From Candidatus Zhuqueibacterota bacterium (GTDB lineage: Bacteria > Zhuqueibacterota > Zhuqueibacteria > Thermofontimicrobiales > Thermofontimicrobiaceae), in contig JBMOPW010000013.1 of assembly GCA_049322915.1 (NCBI GenBank), forward strand, positions 32,001 through 96,000: a stretch of DNA of 64,000 nucleotides. Direction: 5' to 3'. Shown here one piece after another: positions 38,541-48,892 of this stretch. Numbering within the stretch: position 1 is the first letter of the stretch; each line of letters begins with the position of its first letter. The notes under the pieces were generated by a model. The model ran no database searches. It was not told the origin of the DNA and worked only from the letters and a program-made list of their open reading frames with translations. The translations under genes were made by a program, and so were the position numbers.

Positions 38541-39188
38541 TTATTTTAGTTTTTTGATTTCTTTAGCCGGCACACCGCCGACCAGGGTATAGGCTGGTAC
38601 ATCCTTCGTCACCACCGATCCGGCCGCCACCACAGCGCCTTTGCCAATTCGTACGCCTTTCAGCACAATGACGCGCGTGGCCAGCCACACATCATCTTCG
38701 AGAGTGATCGGCGATGGCTTTTCAACGGTTTCACGATCCGACACGCCGTGGAAATCGCTGTCCATGATGACTACCTGGGTGGCAATCTGGCAATTCTTGC
38801 CAATGGACACTCCATAGCGCACCGAGATCACAGTGCCGCAATTGATGAAGGCGCCGGCGCCAATGCTGAGGGTGCTGCCCTTCCCCACGGAAATGTGCGT
38901 CTTTGAAACGTGCGACCAAATTTTCACCCGATCTCCCAGGATAATTTCGCCGCTGCCCTCGATTCGGGGATGGCCGCGCACTGTCACAAGGCGACCGACT
39001 TTCTTACATCGCCACAGATAAATTTTCGCATTGATCACCCGTCCCGCGCCCTGCAGCAGTCGCAGCGCCAGCGCGCCGGCCCGACGTGCCTTGTCGCGCC
39101 CTGGCATACCTTCGGCGTCGGCGGTGTTCCCGGCGACTGGATTCAATTCCGACCATACACGCTGTTTCAATCTGGCTGTTCTCGACAT
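38541..39188 (-). CDS. Hexapeptide-repeat acyltransferase
   Basis: [29 protein letters not shown]. Confidence 0.9.
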   Translation of the reverse strand: MSRTARLKQRVWSELNPVAGNTADAEGMPGRDKARRAGALALRLLQGAGRVINAKIYLWRCKKVGRLVTVRGHPRIEGSGEIILGDRVKIWSHVSKTHISVGKGSTLSIGAGAFINCGTVISVRYGVSIGKNCQIATQVVIMDSDFHGVSDRETVEKPSPITLEDDVWLATRVIVLKGVRIGKGAVVAAGSVVTKDVPAYTLVGGVPAKEIKKLK

Positions 39189-39204
39189 TCCAATTTCCCG
39201 TCCT

Positions 39205-40230
39205 TCATTTTAATGCATGTACTTTTTCCAGCAACACCTCTTCGGCAATCGATTGCCCGTCCAATCTCGCCTCCTGCGTCATCACGGTTATCCACGATTT
39301 GCGCGACAGGTTCCAGAAGAAGAACTTCGCGTACACGTCGAAGCCGCTTTTCAATTCGGCATAGCGCTTCGTATCTTTCGGCGCCACCAGCGATGGGAGG
39401 CCGTATCGAATGAGCCACAGCGCCGAATAGAATGTGGTGCGCAGCCGATAGAGCCAGTACGAATATAAGGGATAACTTTTCTTCAGAAAGATAAATGCAC
39501 TCTTGTAATTTTGAATGAACATCTCAATTTTCCGCTGGCTGGAAGCCGCCTTGCCGTAATGGATGATTCGGGCTTCCGGCAGATACATGATTTTCCAGCC
39601 GGCCTTTTTAATGCGCCAGCACCAGTCCACTTCTTCGCCGTAGATATAAAATTGCTCATCCAGCAGCCGGATCTGCTCAATCACCTTGCGTCGAACCATC
39701 ATCACAGCGCCGCGCGCCCAGTCGATTTCCCGGAGCGAAGCATGGTCCCAGAATGCCACGAATCGTTTTGCGAGAAATGCGCTGTTGGGAAAGAGCGTCG
39801 GGAAGATACGGTTCTCCAGCAATGTCGCCCAGAATGAATAGAAATTGCCCACGTTTTTTTGCAGCGAGCCATCGCCGTTCAGCAATTTCGAGGTGACCGC
39901 CCCGACCTCCGGGGCCGAGTCCAGATAGGCCACCAGCGTATCGATGGCGCGATCCAGCACTTTGGTATCCGGATTGAGAAGCAGCACGTACTCGCCGCGG
40001 GCTAAATGAATCGCCTGATTGTTCGCAGCAGCAAAACCGCGATTGGTCGTGTTGGCGATGAGCTGCACCGTTGGGAAATCCGCCCGCACCATGCCGGCGC
40101 TACCGTCCGGCGACGCATTATCCACGACAAAAACTTCGTACGACGTCCGCGTCTCCTGCATCACCGACTCCAGACACTTTTTGAGCAGTTCCCGCGTGTT
40201 CCAATTGACAATGATAATGGATAGTTTCAT
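39205..40230 (-). CDS. GT2 glycosyltransferase (WbbL-like)
   Basis: IIVNWN, VDNAS.DG, GFAAANN, LLNPD, YGEEVD. Confidence 0.9.
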   Translation of the reverse strand: MKLSIIIVNWNTRELLKKCLESVMQETRTSYEVFVVDNASPDGSAGMVRADFPTVQLIANTTNRGFAAANNQAIHLARGEYVLLLNPDTKVLDRAIDTLVAYLDSAPEVGAVTSKLLNGDGSLQKNVGNFYSFWATLLENRIFPTLFPNSAFLAKRFVAFWDHASLREIDWARGAVMMVRRKVIEQIRLLDEQFYIYGEEVDWCWRIKKAGWKIMYLPEARIIHYGKAASSQRKIEMFIQNYKSAFIFLKKSYPLYSYWLYRLRTTFYSALWLIRYGLPSLVAPKDTKRYAELKSGFDVYAKFFFWNLSRKSWITVMTQEARLDGQSIAEEVLLEKVHALK

Positions 40231-40357
40231 AATTCGTCCAATCGATTTTCCAGCGAACTGGAGTCTATTTCAATCACGAGAAAGAGGTAACAGGCATCGC
40301 GTCGTTTGGCGCATCGGTTGAATCAAACCTGCCACTGCGTCGGCTCCACCAGCCCTC

Positions 40358-41092
40358 TCATTTCTTCCCATTCAAATGGGACGTCATAAACTCAATGCCG
40401 ATTTCCACCGAGGCCATGAACACGCTGAGGACCTCCTTTGCGATGGATTTTGGTCGGAACATCGTGTCAATCTGATCTCTGCTCCATCGTCCCATGAAAT
40501 ACGAGCGCAGCGCCGGGTCCTGTGGATCAATGACATAGTCGATGGCATCTTTCCACTCGTGGCGCACTGTCAGCAGGTCAGGATAGGTTTTTATCAGGAT
40601 TCGGAATCCAAGGGATTTCTGTCCCATGTTGTACAATAATAAATCGCCAAAATCGATGGGGAACTTCAGCCCGATTTTGTCTTTTTCCACCATGGTGATT
40701 TTCCCATCCAGTTCCAGAATCGCCCATTTATGGGAGTCCTTTGGAATGAGGTATTCGCCGATGAGGGACGGCGTTTCGATGTAGCCCCTCGGGGCAACGC
40801 GGGCGAACTCGCTGAAGAAGTTGGCCGGTCTCTCCACATGTTCCAGCACATGATTGCTGATGATGTAATCGAACGCCTTATCCTTGAACGGCAGGAATTC
40901 AGCGTCGGCGATGCAGAAATGCTGCTTCTTGAGCACTTTGATATTCCCGCCCCGGTGGTAATTGCTCTCGTAAAACTTGTCAACAACGACATTCGACCGC
41001 GGGTGCGGATTGTGACCACCCCCGACTTCGAGCACCCAATCGCTTTTCTTCACGGTGATATCGAATCGGGATTTTGGATTTCGGGTTTTCAT
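40358..41092 (-). CDS. Class I SAM-dependent methyltransferase
   Basis: VLEVGGG, LPFKDKAFD, HVLEH. Confidence 0.85.
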   Translation of the reverse strand: MKTRNPKSRFDITVKKSDWVLEVGGGHNPHPRSNVVVDKFYESNYHRGGNIKVLKKQHFCIADAEFLPFKDKAFDYIISNHVLEHVERPANFFSEFARVAPRGYIETPSLIGEYLIPKDSHKWAILELDGKITMVEKDKIGLKFPIDFGDLLLYNMGQKSLGFRILIKTYPDLLTVRHEWKDAIDYVIDPQDPALRSYFMGRWSRDQIDTMFRPKSIAKEVLSVFMASVEIGIEFMTSHLNGKK

Positions 41093-41293
41093 TTTCGCTC
41101 CGGTAGCAGATTGTAATTCATAATGTGTTATAAAAAGATGATGTTATAGAAGTGTTAGAATTGTCTTCTATGGCTCATTGTCATTCTGGAAAATTCAATT
41201 TCATTTCGAAAACCAAATTCAGCCTTGTTGAGGCTGGAAAAACAGCGCCATCGCCCTGCCCGGGTAGAACTACCGGACTGCGATGCCTCGCTC

Positions 41294-42832
41294 TCACGGA
41301 CAGTCCGAACACGATGGATCGGTCAGCTCCTCAGGCTTTCGCGCGGCCAGGCGATCTTTCATCTCCTGTTCAATCTGGCTGCCGCGATTGATGATAGCCG
41401 CCGCCACCCAGAACAGGAGACTGGTCGGCAACTGCTTGGTCGCCTCCTGGGGATAATTGACGACGAACAGGCTGAACAAAACGCACATCATGGCCAGTAC
41501 TATATTTTTCATGGCCGGATCGCGTATCGTGAAATAGCTATTGATGCCCTGCCTGAAAATTGCCAGCCAGAGGGCAAAATAGAGGGTCAGGCCGACCCAC
41601 CCCAATTCCACTGCCACGCGCACATAACCGCTGTCCGGCGGGAATCCTGCCAGAAATGAGTGCGGCGCAAATCGTTCTCCCCACACGCCGGTTGCGCCCA
41701 ATCCTCCGCCGAACGGATGCTTCCAGACCCAGGGCCGGATGCGTCGCTGGTTCTCGATTCGCTGCAAATACGATGGATCATCCGACGGCTGAAACGCTGA
41801 CTTGAATCGCTGAAACGTGGAATTGATATGAATGGGCAAATTGATCAATCCCACGAACAGGATACCCACGATCACTGTGGAGTAAATCAATTTTCGCTTC
41901 TTCGTCACCATCACGTACAGGAACGCGCCGATCGGAAAAATCACAAATGCAGCGCGTGTACCTGACGCCAGCATGGCCTGGAACATGATGAACGATGTGA
42001 TGAATAAAATCACCTTGTTCCGGCGCGATGTTTTCCCCAGCGCAAGCAGCAAGGCCAGCAGCGCTGTGTAGCCGATATGAATGCCGAAATCGGCCGGACC
42101 GGCCAGAAACGAAAATTTTCTCAAATGCCCCCACTGAAACATGAGCCAGAATCGTTTCGGATCCGCGTGCACCCAGGCGTCCTCGAAAGCAGCAAGCCCA
42201 AAATATTCCTGCTTCAGTCCGTACAGCGCCGCCAGCAGCGACAGGAACAGCCACAGTTTGATGAACATCTTGATGTGCGCTTTGGTCTTTATCACAAATG
42301 AGATGATGAAAAACATGACCATGTAGCCAGCCATGGATCGGATGGTGTAAATGTAGCACATTTTATTTCCGATCGGATTGGCCACGCTCGCGAACACATA
42401 TCCCATGTACACGAGCACCATCCTGGCGATGGGGCTGCGCGCGAAGGACCAATTCTTGATATATAAATTTTTATAAAACACGCCGAACGCGAGGAATACA
42501 ACCATAAAATCGACCACCAGTCCCAGCGGCACATCCGGCAAGGCGCGATTGACCCCGGCTAGAAAATAGGCGATGGTGATGACCGTGAAAATGCCAAAGA
42601 ACGGATTGAAAATCGTGGCAAACACCGCAGGCAGACTGATGATGAGCATAATCAACATCATGCCGAGCGGCATTCCCCTGGCGCCAAATACATAGGCAAA
42701 TGCCACGCCTCCCAGCACCGCGTACACAACGCCGAACCAGTTACCCAGCCGATCTTCCACAACCAGTTTGCGCAGGTACTGAATTGTGGAACTCTGTCGT
42801 CTGAAGCATTTAGCGAATAGCGTGGAATCCAT
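41294..42832 (-). CDS. O-antigen ligase / Wzy-type polymerase
   Basis: Many TM helices, SGTR, HPFGGGLG, DSGY...VELG. Confidence 0.85.
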   Translation of the reverse strand: MDSTLFAKCFRRQSSTIQYLRKLVVEDRLGNWFGVVYAVLGGVAFAYVFGARGMPLGMMLIMLIISLPAVFATIFNPFFGIFTVITIAYFLAGVNRALPDVPLGLVVDFMVVFLAFGVFYKNLYIKNWSFARSPIARMVLVYMGYVFASVANPIGNKMCYIYTIRSMAGYMVMFFIISFVIKTKAHIKMFIKLWLFLSLLAALYGLKQEYFGLAAFEDAWVHADPKRFWLMFQWGHLRKFSFLAGPADFGIHIGYTALLALLLALGKTSRRNKVILFITSFIMFQAMLASGTRAAFVIFPIGAFLYVMVTKKRKLIYSTVIVGILFVGLINLPIHINSTFQRFKSAFQPSDDPSYLQRIENQRRIRPWVWKHPFGGGLGATGVWGERFAPHSFLAGFPPDSGYVRVAVELGWVGLTLYFALWLAIFRQGINSYFTIRDPAMKNIVLAMMCVLFSLFVVNYPQEATKQLPTSLLFWVAAAIINRGSQIEQEMKDRLAARKPEELTDPSCSDCP

Positions 42833-42833
42833 G

Positions 42834-43076
42834 TTAAAAAAAACCCAGCATAACTTTTTGCCAGAAATAGCATCCGGCGACTACAATGAAAATGAAAGCC
42901 GCCCGCCTGAAAAATGCATCCGCTGTGCTCTCGAACGGTTTGCGGCAATGCGGACACTCCGCCGGGAACAGCTCTTTCACCTTCCGCTTGCAATAGCGAC
43001 AGCGCTTGACCACATTGAAATCATCCACGTCGCGGGCTGTGGGGATGTACAATTTTTCTTCATGCTTTTTTTTCAT
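42834..43076 (-). CDS. Small zinc-ribbon protein with C-terminal TM helix
   Basis: MKKKHEEK...CRYC-x10-CPHC...hydrophobic tail; exactly fills the gap between the acyltransferase and the polymerase. Confidence 0.65.
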   Translation of the reverse strand: MKKKHEEKLYIPTARDVDDFNVVKRCRYCKRKVKELFPAECPHCRKPFESTADAFFRRAAFIFIVVAGCYFWQKVMLGFF

Positions 43077-43704
43077 GCGACTTCGCCGCCACCCATTTCT
43101 TCTGCTTAAAATCCCACTCGCGGACAACTTTGGCCGGATTGCCCACCACCACCGAGTACGGAGGCACATCATCGACGATCACGGCGTTGGCGCCGATGCG
43201 GCTGTATTTGCCAATGGTCAGCGTCTCCCCATTCTTCTTGCCGAGAATCACGGTGCCGGTCCCGACAAACGCGTCCTCTTCAATCACAATCGGCGCGCGA
43301 AAACAGGGCTGAAAATGATGCGGCTCGCCGACGTCCAATCCGTGATGCATGCCATTCACCCGCACGTATTGCGCCAGCGTGACGTGCTTGTGCATTTCCA
43401 GCGGGCCCAGCAGAATGCAGCCGATGCCGGTATGCACTTCTTCGTGAATGATCACATCGCCCATGCCATTGGCCACCACAGTCCCTTTTTCGATGCGGGA
43501 GTTCTTCCCCAGCTTGAACTTGTGAAACGGGACCAGATCCAATCGCGCGCCGGCAATGATGCCATGATTGAAATAGCGCGGAAAGATCGTGAACAGCCAG
43601 ATGAACCGCCGGACGCGCGAGGAATTGGGGCGGCGCCTGAACAGCAGCCATAGCATTAATTTTTTCAACTTCGGATTTTGTTTCAATGAGCTTTGGAATC
43701 CCAT
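43060..43704 (-). CDS. Hexapeptide-repeat acyltransferase
   Basis: IEEDAFVG, IGANAVIVDDVPPYSVVVGNPA. Confidence 0.88.
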   Translation of the reverse strand: MGFQSSLKQNPKLKKLMLWLLFRRRPNSSRVRRFIWLFTIFPRYFNHGIIAGARLDLVPFHKFKLGKNSRIEKGTVVANGMGDVIIHEEVHTGIGCILLGPLEMHKHVTLAQYVRVNGMHHGLDVGEPHHFQPCFRAPIVIEEDAFVGTGTVILGKKNGETLTIGKYSRIGANAVIVDDVPPYSVVVGNPAKVVREWDFKQKKWVAAKSHEKKA

Positions 43705-44918
43705 GATGCTGCTCCCTTTTTATGAAGCCATTCTTCCAGCAGCGTTGCAAAGGCCTGTCCGCGAGCCTCCCACGTATTGTCGCGCGCAACGGCCAGGCGC
43801 TGCTGTATTTTTCTTTCGGAATTTTCATGTAACTCTTTTTGAATCGCGCGCGCAAATTCCCCGGCAGTCGCGGCGACGGACACCACATGTTCCAGCGGCC
43901 CGATGACATCCGGGTTGAACGGAGTGGTGACCACCGGCTTGCCGGCGCCCAGGTATTCGTAGAGCTTCAGCGGAAAAATGGTGCGACTCACATGATCCAC
44001 TTTGAATGGAATAATCGCCACGTCAAAGCCCTTCAGGAATCCGGGCATGGTTGCGTAGGGCCGGGGGCCCAGCGTCGCCACATTGGGAATTTTCCCGAAC
44101 CAGTCCGGGAAATAGGTGCGGTCAATGGGACCGACCAGAGCCAATGTCCATTCCGGATGCTGCTCCAGAACCTGCTTCAACAGATCGTAATCGATGCGGC
44201 GTTCGATGTTGCCGAAATAGCCGATGATCGGTTTTTTCAACGGAGAGAGCGCGGCAGGGATTTCCGTTTCCGGGGCCAGGGCTTTGGCGCTGTGGGCGAA
44301 GTTCGCAGCGTTGGGAATGAAGTAGCTGTTCGGATTGAATGCCGCTTTGTTCTCCATCAATGCCCGGGATGTGCTCACCACCAGATCCGCGTTCCGAATG
44401 GCCCGCGGTTCCAGATATTCGCCGTGCCGCAGCGTGTACGGCTTGATCATGGCATCGACGCAATGATAGACCGAAAGGCTGGGTTTCAGTAACCCGACCA
44501 TATCCGGGTAGAGAAAATTCCATGAGTTGATGTAAACGAAGTCCCGCATCTTCAAACGCCGTGCTGCTCTCTTGATTCTCCGCGCGATCAGTCCATGATT
44601 GAATCGGGACATCACATCGTACATCGCGCCTCTGGGCAATGGATTGATTGGCAAAATTGGCGGAAGAACCAGAATGTGCAGCCGGATACCGTCTTTCTCA
44701 TAAGGCAGCAGCCCATTGGAAAACGGCAGGAATTTCAACCAGCGTTTTTTGACTTGGGCCGATCTCACATTCTGAAGCACATCTTTCATCGTGAATGGAT
44801 TATCAACGAAAATCACCCGGTTTTCCTTTGCCAGTTCCAGAGAGATATTGAAACTGGTGGACTCGTATTCGCCATCGAAACGGGGTAGCGCCAGAACGAT
44901 GATATTCTTATCTTTCAA
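43683..44918 (-). CDS. GT4-like glycosyltransferase (TuaH-like)
   Basis: YHCVD, IGYFGNI, DVAIIPF, PLKLYEYLGAGKPVV. Confidence 0.88.
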   Translation of the reverse strand: MKDKNIIVLALPRFDGEYESTSFNISLELAKENRVIFVDNPFTMKDVLQNVRSAQVKKRWLKFLPFSNGLLPYEKDGIRLHILVLPPILPINPLPRGAMYDVMSRFNHGLIARRIKRAARRLKMRDFVYINSWNFLYPDMVGLLKPSLSVYHCVDAMIKPYTLRHGEYLEPRAIRNADLVVSTSRALMENKAAFNPNSYFIPNAANFAHSAKALAPETEIPAALSPLKKPIIGYFGNIERRIDYDLLKQVLEQHPEWTLALVGPIDRTYFPDWFGKIPNVATLGPRPYATMPGFLKGFDVAIIPFKVDHVSRTIFPLKLYEYLGAGKPVVTTPFNPDVIGPLEHVVSVAATAGEFARAIQKELHENSERKIQQRLAVARDNTWEARGQAFATLLEEWLHKKGAASWDSKAH

Positions 44919-44983
44919 ATTTTAGTCTCCGCGGTATGCTATTTTATCGGAAGAAAATCCTCATCCCGTAATGGGTGTTAAAA

Positions 44984-46222
44984 TCATTTTATATCTTTCA
45001 GCGACACTTCTTTGCTGTGCGCGGTGTGAATGAATTTGCCCTGAAGCTTTTGCGTCATGCTCCGGATCGCGGATTTCACCATGCTCCCAATGAACAGGGG
45101 GCTGGACGCAAGCGCGCGGTACACCGGGGCAGGGGCCTTATCCAGCAGTAGAAAGAAAATAATACTGGCAAAATAGCCAATTGAATAGGACGCCCAGACG
45201 GCTGCCGAAATCATGCTCGCGCGCGGGAAGAGCAACGCCCACACTATCCAGCCGCCAAGCCCCAGCACATGTAGCGCCCGGGGAATTTTGAACAGGGTGA
45301 TGGCGTAATCGATGGGATCCCATTGTCGGCGCTGCAATCCCAGCCGCAGTAATTTGAAAAAATTATGTTTGAATAAATAAAACTGCCCGCCGATCCAGCG
45401 GGTGCGCTGCTGGGTGATGGCCTGATACGATTCCGTTTTCTCTTCGAACAGGATCGCTTCCGGCTCATAAAAGACATGGATATTCATTTTGAGCAGTTCC
45501 AGGAAGAACGTTTTGTCGTGAACCGGCGAGCGGGCATCCACCCCGGAAATGGCGCGCTTGTACACATTGAAATCGAACGCCATGCCGGAGCCGCTGACCT
45601 CGGCGGAAAGTCCCAGCGCCGATTTCGCTGATCGAAGCATCTGGTCGTTCATGGTCTCGGAGATATAATCGAAGCAGGCCGCATTGGTATCCAGATTGAA
45701 CGGCCGTCGTCGGCCCTGAACAGCGAGATACCCCTCCTGTAACCGCTGGTTGATCTTAGTCAGGAAATTGTCCTGAAGCAGATTGTCCTTATCAATCAGC
45801 ACCACCGCATCGTACGGCCGGTTGCCGGCATGGCGTTGAATGGATTCAATGAAAAAATTCAATGCGAATAAATAAGGATTGCCGGGGCTATCGTCGAATG
45901 TCTTCTCGCAGACATGGGCGCCTCTGGCCCGCGCCGTCTGAACCAGTTCGGCTGAGCAATGCTGCGCCAGCACAAATACGTCATATTTTTCAGCCGGATA
46001 CTTCTGCGCAAAACAGGCGTCGATCACATGAAGTAGCTGATTGCTCGCTTTGTAGGCCGGCAGCATCAGGGCGAATCGCTTCCTCTTCTCCCCGGCGTCT
46101 TCCGCCGGCCGGTAACGCAGTTTGAAAATGACCGCGCAAACGACCGTGAAAAACATGAACCAGGTATAAAAAACGAAATAGAACTGGGGAATCGCCAGCG
46201 CATATTTTAGTAGATCTATCAT
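44984..46222 (-). CDS. GT2 glycosyltransferase, membrane-associated
   Basis: LPAYK, IDKDN, GSGMAF, QRTRW; ATGA overlap with the flippase stop. Confidence 0.85.
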   Translation of the reverse strand: MIDLLKYALAIPQFYFVFYTWFMFFTVVCAVIFKLRYRPAEDAGEKRKRFALMLPAYKASNQLLHVIDACFAQKYPAEKYDVFVLAQHCSAELVQTARARGAHVCEKTFDDSPGNPYLFALNFFIESIQRHAGNRPYDAVVLIDKDNLLQDNFLTKINQRLQEGYLAVQGRRRPFNLDTNAACFDYISETMNDQMLRSAKSALGLSAEVSGSGMAFDFNVYKRAISGVDARSPVHDKTFFLELLKMNIHVFYEPEAILFEEKTESYQAITQQRTRWIGGQFYLFKHNFFKLLRLGLQRRQWDPIDYAITLFKIPRALHVLGLGGWIVWALLFPRASMISAAVWASYSIGYFASIIFFLLLDKAPAPVYRALASSPLFIGSMVKSAIRSMTQKLQGKFIHTAHSKEVSLKDIK

Positions 46223-47565
46223 ATTTTCTTCCCGACTGTTTTCTGTCGTGATACACTGCGGATGACCTTTTTGAAGCCATCCCGGTAAAACACCCACATG
46301 TAAATGAACGGGTGATGCGTCTTTGTCCGGATCAATCGAACGAGCAAAATCTGCTGGGTGGCCGTTCCGATCACCGTCGAAATGAACGTGGCGACAATCG
46401 CTCCCATAATGCCGTAATGAATGATGAAGATCCAGTTCAGCGCGAAATTGATGATCAATCCGACAATCAGGATATAGGAATTGTAATTGGGATAGCCGAT
46501 GCTGTCCAGGATCGTGCCGCCCTGTCTTCCGAAGGGCTTCACAAAGGACATAATGGCGAACAATTGCAGCACAGGCACTGCAGCGCGGTAATTTTCGCCG
46601 GCAGTCCACACCACAATGGGCTCGGCGAACACGATCATCGCCAGGGACGCCGGGATGATCATTGCCAGCATGATGCCGACCGAGCGCTCGTACAAATAGC
46701 GGACGTTATCCAGCCCCATCTCCTTGACGCGCAACGCCGCCTGCGGAAAGACCACAGTGGCGAGAGAATTCATCGGCACATCCACGTAATTGCCAATGCG
46801 CGTGGGAATATTGTAAATAGCCACAGCAGTTGGATTGAGGAAATAGCCGATCATCATCAAATCCATTCGATTGAACAGCATCGATGAGAACGCCGATGCA
46901 ATGACGAATTTGCCGTAGCCAAAAAGTCGGGAAACCCACTGCCAGTCGATGGCGCGGCTGAGTTTGATGTACTTTCCCCCGGAAATCGCAATCACCAGGA
47001 GCCCGACAATCGCCGCCGAAGTCTGCACGAGTGGAATTTCGATCAATTTCAGTCCGCCGCGGAAATGGTTGATGGCTACGATGAAGACGAAGTTGGCGGC
47101 ATTGAAAGCCAGCGTCGAACAGAACTGCGAGCGAAAGTCCAGATTGGCCATGGATAAAAACTGAAAGAATGCCAGCGGAATGTAGAACGCGCTGTACAGC
47201 CCATACATCCATAGCACATTGCGCAGGTCAGGCACGTTCCACACGCGGCTCAACAGCGGCGCCAATGCCGTCACCAGCCCCACGCCGATCAACCCGGTGA
47301 CACAATGGATGAAGAACGACGCTGTGGTGATTTTCCGATAATCCGCCGCCTTGCCGCCTTCGAGATGTTTCACCAGTGCATTCTGGGTAATGCCGGTGCG
47401 CAGAATTTCCGGGAACGTGGTCACTGTCAAATACAACACCCACACGCCGAACTCCTGCTGGGGAAGGATTCTCACCAGCACCAGAAATGTCAAAAAGGCG
47501 AACACCAGGATGGAGCCGTTGGACAGCAGGGAGAACATCCCCGAAGTGATCCAGTATTTTTTCAC
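46219..47565 (-). CDS. wzx: Polysaccharide flippase
   Basis: Multi-TM, EFGVW, D.MMIGYFL...VAIY, YGIMGA. Confidence 0.85.
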   Translation of the reverse strand: MKKYWITSGMFSLLSNGSILVFAFLTFLVLVRILPQQEFGVWVLYLTVTTFPEILRTGITQNALVKHLEGGKAADYRKITTASFFIHCVTGLIGVGLVTALAPLLSRVWNVPDLRNVLWMYGLYSAFYIPLAFFQFLSMANLDFRSQFCSTLAFNAANFVFIVAINHFRGGLKLIEIPLVQTSAAIVGLLVIAISGGKYIKLSRAIDWQWVSRLFGYGKFVIASAFSSMLFNRMDLMMIGYFLNPTAVAIYNIPTRIGNYVDVPMNSLATVVFPQAALRVKEMGLDNVRYLYERSVGIMLAMIIPASLAMIVFAEPIVVWTAGENYRAAVPVLQLFAIMSFVKPFGRQGGTILDSIGYPNYNSYILIVGLIINFALNWIFIIHYGIMGAIVATFISTVIGTATQQILLVRLIRTKTHHPFIYMWVFYRDGFKKVIRSVSRQKTVGKKI

Positions 47566-47596
47566 GCAGTATTCCCTCAGTTATTCCACGAAAAAG

Positions 47597-48892
47597 TCAG
47601 CGCGCCGGCCGGTCAGCCGCCACTGCATCATGGGCGGCCAGGACATTTTCAGCAGGTTGATTCAATTTAATCGGCCCAATGCCCGAACTTCCCGGCGAGC
47701 GCTTGCCCACCAATTTCTGATAAAGCTGCTCCGTCTTCCCAGCGATGAGCGACCACTGGAAATCCGATTCGATCCGCTGTCGTCCGCGACGACCCATCTC
47801 GCGGGCAGCCTGGCGATCCGTCAACAGCCGCTTGATGGCGTCGGTCAGGGCCGGCACATTTTCTATTTCAACGAGAAATCCTTCGACACCAGAGGTGATC
47901 ATTTCATTGACCCCGCCGATATTGAATCCGACTACAGGCAGACCGCACGCCATGGCCTCCATGAAGACGATGCCCTGGCTTTCGCCCAGCGAAGGCAGCA
48001 CAAAAATCTCCGCCTGCTGGTAATGGTGGAGCAGCGCCTCGCCGCTTTTGTTGCCGACGAGAAATACGACCTCCTCCAACCCGGCCTCGCGGATGCGCTG
48101 CTCCAGCACCGGCCGGTGATTGCCCTCCCCGGCAACATGCACCGTGAGCTGCGGGAATTGCGCGACCAGGGTTTTCGTCGCTTCGATCAAGAAGCGCAGG
48201 CCTTTTCTCGGATCCAGCCGCGCCACCGACGCGATGCGGAACGGGATTTTCGCTTCCGGCGCCGGCCAGTAGTCGCTCACATCCAGACCATTGTAAATAA
48301 TGTCGACATCCTCGCGGCCATGTTGAAATTCTTCTTGCATCACATCGGACATTTTTTTGCTGACAGCGATGACGCCGTCGGCGTTGGCCAACAATCCGCG
48401 TTCGATGCCGGACGCGTAGCGCTGCACCAACTTCAACTCCCAGCGACGCCGGAACGATATTTTCTTGTCCGTCAATGCCGCGTCATTTTCATTTTTCATC
48501 GTCCCGTGAAACGTGACCACGGCCGGGGGATCGCTCTCTTTTTTGAATCGGGGGTAAAGAAATCCATTGCGCCCCTGAAGATGAACGACATCGAACCGAT
48601 GAGGCTGCCCGGCAATCATTTTTCTCAGACGCTGCAGCACCACGTAGTTGAATGAAAATTCATCCAGCGCAAACAAATGAAAGAAGCCCAATTGCCCTGA
48701 AATGTACGGCACAGGTATCACCTCAATGCCTTCATCCATGAACGGCTGTCTGGGCCTGAGAAAGTTCTGAGCGATCATGACCGTCACGCGGTGACCGCGC
48801 TTCACGAGTTCCCGGGACAGCTTCCACACATGGGTCTGAATGCCGCCGGTGTACGAATAGTGCAGCGATTTCGAAATCATCAAAATATTCAT
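47597..48892 (-). CDS. GT4 glycosyltransferase
   Basis: GG.Q.H, ARL..RKG, ESQGIVFMEAMACGLPVV. Confidence 0.9.
   Translation of the reverse strand: MNILMISKSLHYSYTGGIQTHVWKLSRELVKRGHRVTVMIAQNFLRPRQPFMDEGIEVIPVPYISGQLGFFHLFALDEFSFNYVVLQRLRKMIAGQPHRFDVVHLQGRNGFLYPRFKKESDPPAVVTFHGTMKNENDAALTDKKISFRRRWELKLVQRYASGIERGLLANADGVIAVSKKMSDVMQEEFQHGREDVDIIYNGLDVSDYWPAPEAKIPFRIASVARLDPRKGLRFLIEATKTLVAQFPQLTVHVAGEGNHRPVLEQRIREAGLEEVVFLVGNKSGEALLHHYQQAEIFVLPSLGESQGIVFMEAMACGLPVVGFNIGGVNEMITSGVEGFLVEIENVPALTDAIKRLLTDRQAAREMGRRGRQRIESDFQWSLIAGKTEQLYQKLVGKRSPGSSGIGPIKLNQPAENVLAAHDAVAADRPAR

Noticed and set aside
46223..46609. N-terminal extensions in the ORF track (also 48893-49093, 3886-4050, 3186-3317)
   Set aside because: They overlap upstream genes; internal starts with coupling or family-typical N-termini fit better.
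47351..48655. 434-aa plus-strand ORF
   Set aside because: Antisense shadow of the GT4 and flippase genes.
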